Source: Octopus vulgaris
Lineage: Eukaryota
Assembly (NCBI GenBank): GCA_951406725.2
Contig: OX597832.1
Span: forward strand, 21,018,001-21,082,000
Length of the DNA: 64,000 bases
Reading direction: 5' to 3'
Numbering within the stretch: the stretch's first letter is position 1; each line of letters opens with the position of its first letter. The notes under the pieces were generated by a model. That model did no database searches and was not told the origin of the DNA. It saw only the letters and a program-made list of their open reading frames with translations. This document shows positions 54,615 to 64,000 of the stretch, one piece after another. A program made the position numbers and the translations under genes.

Positions 54615-55593
54615 GCTTGTGGTTGTTGGAGTTGGCGTTGTCGTTATGGTTGTTGTTAGACTGGCAATAGCAAATTTCATTTAGAATTATCATCCTGCTT
54701 TATTCCTTACGATATTACATGCCATTATTATTTGTGGCTTCAAATTTTACCGAATATTTTTAACCAAAATCAACAGATAAATCATATTCTAATTAAAACG
54801 CAAACTTTTAAAAATATTCCATAAATTTTAATGTTTACCTTCATGTTTGTTGCTATATATATTATTTTTTTTGTTTGTTTTATGTGCATCGCCATTTTCC
54901 TTTGTCGTTGTTGCCGTTGGTGGTGGTGGTGGTGCTGGTACTGGTGCTGGTGGTGATAGTGGTGGTGCTGGTGGTAGTGGCGGTGACGGTTTTTCTTAGT
55001 GATGTGAGTTTATGCATCTCCTGCTCTTTGCAAGCAAGATAGACATTGCAAACAGAAAATAATCCCCGTAGAGTGGTATCTGATTATATTCTGATAAATC
55101 TGGCAGCATTTTCAACCAAAATGGTAGACATTTTAGAGTATTTTTCAAGCATTTTTGCATACTTCATTCCAAATTAAATTCGTTCATTCATTCCAAGAAA
55201 CGATTCGTTCAGCGATCTTATTTACTCATTCACACGTGGTGATTATAACAGTGAATGGTTTAAAACATCTACTACATGTAAATGCAGTTCAGGTTACCTG
55301 TTATGTCTCATAAAGTGCAAAAAAAATATTGAGAGGACTGAGTGCTTATTCTATTTCAGACTATAAGATATATCATCATCATCATCAGCAGCAGCAGCAG
55401 CAACAGTAGCAGCAGCTGTTCAAGGATTTGGACCTGGAGATCTCCATTTCCAGCGACTTCGAGGACCACCTCCCAGTCGTGTCGGGCGTCAACGACGAAC
55501 CCTCGACTACAACAAGACCACCAAAGTTTTTTTTTTTTTTCAAGGTCTGTTGTCTCCCGCCCGTAAGCCCTAGACCATCATCTAATCACCCTT

Positions 55594-55632
<39 letters not shown>

Positions 55633-55684
55633 GCAGCAACAGCAGCAACAGCAGCAGCAGCATCGTCATCATCAGTTACATTTT

Positions 55685-56290
55685 TCACCCTCTACTTCTA
55701 ATCTGTCTTGGATCCACCATCAAGACCTTGATTTCAGAACTAGTGCTTATACCACTGTCCTCTCCAAGGGTTTTTGAAAAGATCTTATATCCTACTTCTC
55801 TGTGCTGCCAACCTCCTGATGAAAATCAAAATAAAATCCTCGAACCCGGTTAGTCCCCCAACACTCAGGCAATGGCCTGCAAAATGTAATCTTCTCTGCC
55901 GGATGATGATTGACAATTGAGGCAGGCCTTGTTTATATGATCTCTCCAGCTGATGCTAAATAGTCTTCTCAATAACTTAGTATATGATACATCTACTTTT
56001 ATTCCTAGGTTTCGTGTTGTGATTTCAAGTTATTTCTTTGTTTAACTGAATACTTTCTACACATATCCTGAAAAATCTAAGCTTCTCTTTTCTGTCCATG
56101 TCAGAATTTCACATTTTGTCGAGATTATCTAATGCAGCTTATATCAGGCCTTTTTTTTTACATTAAAAATAATCCTTGCTTTCCGAGATATAACTGCCTG
56201 AATATTTAAAATGTTCCACGAGATCGGTGTTTTGACCAGGTAAGTATTTTATTTGATAGTCATCATTGATTTCTTCTGTAACAAGATTTT
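55685..56290 (-). mobile_element. Decayed RTE-group LINE (RT C-terminal region)
   Basis: Minus-strand peptides in the expected order across frameshifts: VEHFKYSGSYISESKD; ISWRDHI; LPQLSIIIRQRRLHFAGHCL; FSKTLGEDSGISTSSEIKVLMVD. Confidence 0.75.
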
Positions 56291-56756
56291 GTTTTGCTAC
56301 CCTTAAGATGTAAACCAATAGATTTACTTCATGTTCAACGCGATGTAAAAACATGTAATAAATAACATTACGTATGTGTGCGCGCGCGTGTGTATGTATG
56401 TGTCTGTGCATTTTGGAAGACCGAACACAGTTAAAAGCGCTTACACATATCCTACCTTCCACCATGTTTGTGTTCACATGTTCTTTTACATCATATGTGC
56501 GCGTGTGCTCTGAGAAGTGTTTACTCAGAATATTTCTTTCATCAGGTTTACGTTTATCTGTTACATTTAAACATTTTATAATATGATAAATTTTAATTCA
56601 AGAATGTCTGCCTGCGTGCGGAAGCGTGTGCTTGTATGATTATCTATGCACGTATATATATATGTGTGTGTGCATGTATGTATGCAATGCATGTATGTAT
56701 GTATGTATGTATGTATGTATGTATGTATGTATGTATGTATGTATGTATGTATGTAT

Positions 56757-56960
56757 GTGCCACGCAGTGGGACTGAACTCAGAACCATGTGGTTGGTAAG
56801 CAAGCTACGTACCACACAGCCACTCCTACGCCGAGGTCGACTTTGCGTTCATCTTTTCGGAGTCGATAAATTAAGTACCATCAACGCACTGGGGTCGATA
56901 TAATCGACTATCCTCCTCCCTCAAAATTTCGGGCCTTGCGCCCAGAGTAGAAAAGAATAT
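56757..56960. mobile_element. Family A head (minus, 56757-56828) abutting a headless family B body (plus, 56829-56960)
   Basis: gtgccacgcagtgggactgaactcagaaccatgtggttggtaagc...cacagccactcct, then cgccgaggtcgactttgc...gtcgataaattaagtacc...ggccttgcgcccagagtagaaaag. Confidence 0.8.
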
Positions 56961-57039
56961 TTAAGAAATCCAAAATATCATTCTCCAACTAAAAGACGAA
57001 ATGTCGGTTGAATAAAATATTTTCTGTACAAAATATAGA

Positions 57040-57191
57040 GGTGGGGTCAAGAGTCATGCATTACAACCACGTTTTGGGTTCGCAGGGCGGCAAACGGGAC
57101 AAGTGGCTTTAACAACAGCCCCGGGTCTAGCAATGCTTTATGAGTTGATTTGGTAAACGGAAATAATTGTAAAATCCATGTTCTGTATATG

Positions 57192-57255
<64 letters not shown>

Positions 57256-57530
57256 TTATATGTGTTTGTGACTGTTTGTGTGTTTGTGACGGTGTGTATG
57301 TGCGCGCGTTTGTGTCTTTGCTTTGATAAGTGTATGTTTTATAGGGGTGTGATTATCGCCTACCACCGATTGACAACCGCTGCTGGTTTGTTTATGTTCC
57401 CGTAACTTAGTAGTTCAGCATAGAATAACTTAGAGACTTTTAAACTAAGTACTGGAGTTGATTTGTTCGACTAAACCCCTCAGCGATTAACCACAGCATG
57501 ACCGCAGTTTAAATGTATGAAACAAGAAAA
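57040..57530 (+). mobile_element. SINE family A, old diverged copy
   Basis: caaccacgttttgggttcg..gagttgatttggtaaacggaaat..ttgacaaccgctgctggtttgtttatgttcccgtaacttag..gttgatttgttcgacta..cagcatgaccgcag. Confidence 0.7.
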
Positions 57531-57739
57531 CATGATTAAATATATATGATTTAATACATAATTTAATTATGCTAATGAAGAACAGTATCTTTTCACCAAA
57601 TCTCAACACAAAATTTCTGACCGTTTGAAGATTATGATATCCCTAGATGTAAGGAGAATAAAGGGTAGATACATTGAAAAATATGGTCCTAGATCTACAC
57701 TGCCTTGAACGTCGATGGGACCGACAGGTCTAGAATATA

Positions 57740-58132
57740 CTAGCAGTATCACCCGGCGTTGCTCGTGTTTGTAAGGGAAATAACTATATAAGCATTTTTA
57801 GAGATGTAAAGTATAATAGCCATCTCAATATGGCTAACCACAAAGGGGGGTGTTACTGTAGCTTTTTACGTTCTGAGATTTAATAATACATTTTTAGAGA
57901 GTTACTTCCCTTATATTAGCAAAAAAAATGCATTAAAAATGAAAAAAATTATGCTAAATTTTTTTATAAATCGTAGACTCATCGTAGACGCGCGTTAATA
58001 CACAGAAGGGCTCGATATGAATTACGACTATAGGATACCTGCTTTTGGTTACACTGCACCGCAAAATGTGGGAGTAGTTAGGAATCTAAATCGTAGGAGA
58101 CAGATACACAACTTCACTTTTATATATAAAGA
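57740..58132 (-). mobile_element. Non-autonomous Helitron, family H2
   Basis: Minus strand A|TCtttatatataaaagtgaagttgtg ... cacgagcaacgccgggtgatactgCTAG|T; termini shared with H1, internal sequence different. Confidence 0.82.
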
Positions 58133-58496
58133 TTTCATCAAAGCTCTACTTGTCCAGATCTGATGATGGATAACCAGGCAGATACAGAGCCTAATTTACA
58201 CAGAAATCTACCGCAAATCCCGTCAGACATCGTCAAGGCGACATCGTTAAGATATTCGGATTTAGGTAAATGTATCTTTTAATTAAAGCATTACCACAAA
58301 ATGTACATACATGTGTGTCTGCCCAGGGTATATTCCTGTTTGCTTTTGTCGTATATTTTTTTCTATGTTTACGTTATTTCATCAGTGGTGAGGATCTGTG
58401 ACTCGGCGGTGTTCGCTTCTTTTGCAAACACATATGCGCATGTCTCTGCATACTGAATACAACACGGCTCTCTCCTTCTATCAACATATATTTCCT

Positions 58497-58541
<45 letters not shown>

Positions 58542-58595
58542 TACAGGGTCTTTCAAGCAATGGCTTTTGCAGTTTCAATGTACATACATACATAC

Positions 58596-58642
<47 letters not shown>

Positions 58643-58659
58643 TACATATATAGATATGT

Positions 58660-58689
58660 AAATAGATAAATAGATAGATTGATAAGAAA

Positions 58690-58745
<56 letters not shown>

Positions 58746-58795
58746 GTAGTTAGGTAGGTAGGTAGGTAGGTAGGTAGGTAGATATATAGATAGAC
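58660..58795. repeat. (GATA)n/(GGTA)n microsatellite
   Basis: Direct inspection. Confidence 0.95.
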
Positions 58796-59267
58796 GGATG
58801 GATTTGCATAGACAAACAGGTATGGTTATACCTGTGTGTGTGCATATGTTAGTGTTGTGTGTGTCTGTACGTATGAATATATATGTACGTATGTACGTCT
58901 ATCAATTTATCTATCTATCTAGATATGTGTGTGTGCGCGCATATATACATATATATATATGTGTGTGTATAGGTAGATAGACTGATGACAAAATGATTGA
59001 TTCAGGAATATATATATATATACAAAAATGCCTCATCACAAGCCCATATTTGTTAAAACTTTTAGGTATATAAATGGTTATTCATAGAGAGAGATATTTA
59101 CATATGTGTGGGGGTTGTACGTATGTTCGTTTGCATGTATGTATATAATGCTACAAATGGAACGCAGGTCTGGGGTCTATACTATACACTTCTTTCCCTA
59201 ATTCTTTCCCTTCATTCTCGAAACATGTACCTGTGTCAGGAGTAAAACGTTGAAAGAGGGTAGATAA

Positions 59268-59525
59268 GTTTCTTTATTGGCCACACAGGGCTGCACACAG
59301 ATGGGACAAGTTACAAGGTAGAGCTTTTCTTTTGGGGAAGAAAAAAAAAGGTGGCGTAGGTTTTCGATCAAAAGGGATCGTAAAAGGGAAAAAAGAACAA
59401 AAAAGAACAAAAAAGAACAAAAAAAAGGAAAAGAAAAAAGAAAAAAAGGAAAAAAGGGGAAAAGAAAAAAAGAAAAAAGGGAAAAAAGGAAAAGAGAAAT
59501 GAAAAAAGAGGAAAAAAGGGGAGAG
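59268..59525 (-). mobile_element. 3' UTR of an L1/Tx1-like LINE abutting (GATA)n
   Basis: Minus strand: T-rich UTR, then ctctaccttgtaacttgtcccatctgtgtgcagccctgtgtggccAATAAAgaaa; the 5' side abuts (GATA)n at 59530-59618 and the 3' side abuts gtagata. Confidence 0.62.
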
Positions 59526-59530
59526 GTAGG

Positions 59531-59619
<89 letters not shown>

Positions 59620-59809
59620 GCATACATACATATTCATATCTATATATATGTATGTATGTATACATGTATATATGTATGTGTATACATACATATATGTCAC
59701 CGTACGTTTGTAATGTTGGCCACTTGCTATATGCGATGTGAAGAAGGGTAAGAAAACCGACAAATATAAAAGTAACTTAATATATACTACTACAGCTATT
59801 ACTGGTAAG

Positions 59810-60083
59810 AACAACAATGAGAACAACAACAGCGATGATGATGACGATAAAGATGACGATGGCGTTGACGACGACGGGGACGGCAACGACGATGATGAAG
59901 ATGATGATGATGACGATGACGATGATGATGGTGGTGGGGGGTGTTAGTGGTGGTGGTGTTGATGATGATGATGGTAATGATGATTATGATGTTGATGATG
60001 ATCATCATGACGACGATGATGACGATGACAACGATGATGATAATGACGATGACGACGACGACGACGACGATGATGATGATGAC

Positions 60084-60115
<32 letters not shown>

Positions 60116-60345
60116 TGTTGGTGATGATGACGATGACGGTGACAACGACGACGACTATGATGTTGATGACGATGATGATGATCATGACGACGATCATGAT
60201 GTTGATTATGATTACGATGACGATGATGATGAGGATGATGACGGCGACGACGACGATGATGATGATGATGATGATGATTATAATGGTGATGATGATGATC
60301 ATGACGACAATGATGTTGATGATGATGATGATTGTGATGACTTCT
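59810..60345. repeat. (GAT/GAC)n compound microsatellite
   Basis: Direct inspection. Confidence 0.95.
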
Positions 60346-61000
60346 TTCTCGTTTAGATTTTTCTCCTTAAATCTGAAAAAACGTCTAAATTGTCGGGCTT
60401 GAAGTAAGGAGATGAAATAAAGAAAAAAAAAGTGGTACCTAAGTGAGTTGAGCATTAAGTAAACATGTTGGGTGTGCGTTCGCATTACTGGTTGGGCTGG
60501 TGTTTGTTCATGATCAGTGTGCAAACAAGAACACTTTCTTCAATAGGGTTTGCTCCAACTTGTGAAAAGCTTCCCCCGGATCAATAGTAAAATAAAAAAA
60601 AAAATAAAGAGGCAATAAAAGAAAAATTATAAAAAACGAACACTAAAAAAAGTAAACACAAAAAATAAGAAATACAAAATAAAAATAAATATAAGAAAAT
60701 AACACAAACATAGGGTATACAAAAATTTTAAAAAAACGCTGGTAAAATGAAAACAAGTGACGTTTTAGGGTGGCACGGCGGGTGGGGAACGAAGAATGAT
60801 GATTACAAAATAGAATATGAATTAGAATGAGGGTGCTGGATGGGGTGGATTGGTGGTTAGGGTGCTTAGAGAGATTTTTCTGTGTGTGTATGGGTGGGGT
60901 TGGGAGCTGGGGTTGTCGAAGCGGGTTCGTGTTGTTGGAGGTGAAATTATATTGACAAGTAAGGAAAGCTAAAATGAAAAAGCATGAACATGTATGTATG

Positions 61001-61031
<31 letters not shown>

Positions 61032-61330
61032 GTATGTCTGTGTGTATAAATATATACATATATGTATTATTATGTATATATATATATACATATATACATA
61101 CACATATATATGTAATATATATTTATATATATACGTATGTATGTATGTGTATATGTATATAACCGTATACATATACATATATATATATATGTAAGTATGT
61201 ATGTATACGTAAAAGAAGAGAGAGAGAGGGGTATATATAGATAAACTGGAGACACAGACACACAGAGGCAGAGTAGAGAGAGTCACATATAGATATAGTT
61301 AGACTGATGCACAAATATTTGCTTATATAC

Positions 61331-61430
<100 letters not shown>

Positions 61431-61634
61431 GTTGTTAGATATTTAAATAAAGGAGAAAGTATTTGACGGTAAATCTCATACAGAATAGAACGATTGTTTC
61501 AGAAATTCTTCATCAGAACATCAGTTGCCCACTTTGACGCCAGGAGCTCGTCTGGTAATGAATTCTGTATCCGATTTTGACCTGGGTTTTGTGGACTTAC
61601 TTCGTTAACAACGCAAACACAAAGGTATACAGCA

Positions 61635-61742
<108 letters not shown>

Positions 61743-61788
61743 TAGAATAATAAAAAGAAGGTTCTTGTCACAGTATTATACATATTTG

Positions 61789-62008
61789 TGGCGGCGAGCT
61801 GGCAGAATCGTTAACACGTCGGGCGAAATGCGCAGCCGTAATTCGTCTGTCGTTACGTTGCGAGTTCAAATTCCGCCGAGGTCGACTTTGCTTATCGACA
61901 TCCTTTCGGGGTCGATAAATTAAGTACCAGTTACGCACTTGGGTCGATGTAATCGATTTAATACCTTTGTCCTTGTTTTCCCCTATATGTTTAGCCCCTT
62001 GGGGGCAA
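61789..62008 (+). mobile_element. SINE family B monomer with long tail
   Basis: ggcggcgagctggcagaatcgtt...gagttcaaattccgccgaggtcgactttgc...gtcgataaattaagtacc...tgtttagccccttggggg. Confidence 0.9.
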
Positions 62009-62199
62009 AAATATTAACATATAGCTTATAACATGGCTCTTATAGCTTATCTATCATATCTTAACAAATATTTTATTATTATGAAATATTCTGTAAAAAT
62101 ATTCTGTGAAACCATATTAATTCGATGGATAAAAATATACATATAAATATAATTTATCTTATATGTATTGAATTATAATGTATGCATATATATGTGTTA

Positions 62200-62410
62200 T
62201 TAAGGTTGCCGTGTCCCCAAAACATGTACCGAAAATGATAAAAATCAAATATCCAGTCAACATGTTGGTGCTTGGTGTGCTCACCATTGATGGCGACTTT
62301 ATGCCTCCATTCACCGTCACACGCAGCCCCACACTCAACACAGAGGCTTACATCAAGTGCTGGAGGTGGTAGTGCAACCCTGAGACAAGAGCTGCTGGAA
62401 GACACTGGTT
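62200..62410 (+). pseudogene. Tc1/mariner-superfamily (maT/DD37D-like) transposase remnant
   Basis: AVSPKHVPKMIKIKYPVNMLVLGVLTIDGDFMPPF...LNTEAYIKC, then frameshifted EVVVQP*..AAGR; resembles the VP.V.KTKFP..VMV.G....G..MPP..F....LN...Y...L..VV.PW segment. Confidence 0.65.
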
Positions 62411-62513
62411 CACCAGTCAGCGTCATTAGACTGTGGCCGCCATAACGGAATAGGAGGTTTATTTGCATATTCAAAACTTTTCCTGTAAACAAATTTAGAA
62501 GATGCACACACAC

Positions 62514-62625
<112 letters not shown>

Positions 62626-62649
62626 TGAGAAGGCATTATTCTCCCTGTG

Positions 62650-62745
62650 GCTATAGACGAAGACATTTACTCAAAGTACTACGCAGGGGAACGGAACCCG
62701 GAACCATGTGGTTGTAAAGCAAACTTCTTACCACATGACCACACC
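62650..62745 (-). mobile_element. SINE family A 5' fragment
   Basis: gaagacatttactcaaagtactacgcagggga..gaacccggaaccatgtggttg..aaacttcttaccaca. Confidence 0.75.
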
Positions 62746-62793
62746 TCTGTGTCTGTCTGTGTGTGTGTGTGTGCACATATATATATATAAATT

Positions 62794-62858
<65 letters not shown>

Positions 62859-62880
62859 GTAGGTCGGTAGGTAAGGTAGG

Positions 62881-62972
<92 letters not shown>
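62794..62972. repeat. (GATA)n microsatellite
   Basis: Direct inspection. Confidence 0.96.
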
Positions 62973-63724
62973 AATTATGGACTTCCTTTCAGCTTCGTTC
63001 CCCTCCAACAGTTGTCACATGTCTCCAATTCGCGCTACAATATTCCATGTCACACAACAAACACAACAAACCTACAGAACAGCATGACACTCTAACTCAA
63101 CACAGCATTCTACTTCCCTTTAAAAAAAATAAAAGTATTTATTCCACCCATCCACACATCGAGTTATCCACCCATCTATCCATCCATCCATCCAACCATC
63201 CATCCTTCCATCCATCTATCATTTACCTCGTTACTCCGGCTCCGGTCTTTCAATTTTCCCAACTTTCCAGCTTTCGTATTAGTCTCTCTCTCTCTCTATC
63301 TCTCTATCTTTCTAATCCTAACCCTAGCCCTTCCTATCCATACTACCCCAACCACCAACGCCAACACTGTCCCTTACCCCCAACATCACAAATCAACCAA
63401 CCAATACAACCATCCAACTCTATCACTTATAAATACTTTATCAAGCAAGGCCGTTTCTCGTACGTCGAACGCCGAACGTATATACGGCCATAAAAATGAA
63501 AAATATATAATGAAAAAAAAAACGTATCTCCACACACACGTGTCAGCCACCGATCAATATGGCTTCCAAATCGTGTATTATTCAACAAGTGAAAACCTAT
63601 CTTGTGGAGAGATTTGTGAGCATATCTTCTTACATATTTCATTGGAACGAGGGAACAAACAAACAAAAATAATATAAAATAAATCCTCCCAGTGTACTGT
63701 ATAATACTTTAGCAACACAAACCC

Positions 63725-63875
63725 ATACACACACACAAACACGCACACACACATACACATATATATGTATAAATATATCTATACATGTGTGTGTATGTAA
63801 GCATACATATATTAATATATATGCATATATACGTGCGTGTATATACATACATATAAATATATATATCTATATATA

Positions 63876-63954
<79 letters not shown>

Positions 63955-64000
63955 TATATATATATATATATATCTATATATATGTACATATATATATATA
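63725..64000. repeat. (AC)/(AT)n microsatellite running to the window end
   Basis: Direct inspection. Confidence 0.95.

Noticed and set aside
63376-63390. cctaaccctagccc telomere-like motif
   Set aside because: Only about two imperfect units; expected by chance

Overview
AT-rich, gene-free-looking eukaryotic DNA (intergenic or deep intronic), most likely from an octopus or other coleoid cephalopod. That host call is an inference from the extreme microsatellite load and SINE families resembling those known from Octopus. No intact host gene, rRNA, true tRNA or CRISPR array is supported. Nearly all ORFs in the track are translations of (AT)n, (AAT)n, (GAT)n, (TAGA)n, (TGTA)n, (GT)n, (AG)n, (AGT)n and (GGT)n tracts. 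The non-simple sequence is a dense mobilome: three tRNA-headed SINE families (including two trimeric arrays), decayed LINE fragments (R4/Dong-like, RTE-like, L1/Tx1-like 3' ends), three short Helitrons with textbook termini, two adjacent fold-back/MITE elements, a mariner-type transposase remnant and a 152-bp minisatellite. Three signals stand out. (i) Several minimal type I hammerhead-ribozyme motifs with palindromic loop 3 sit in short non-coding repeats (best at 30404-30449), as described for Penelope-like elements and non-LTR retrozymes. (ii) A ~550-bp non-coding retroposon associated with (TAA)n tracts occurs four times, alongside a TAA-embedded R4/Dong LINE. (iii) A SINE 3' tail matches L1/Tx1-like 3' ends found next to (GATA)n tracts. 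All calls were made by eye, coordinates of decayed copies are approximate, and no searches were run.
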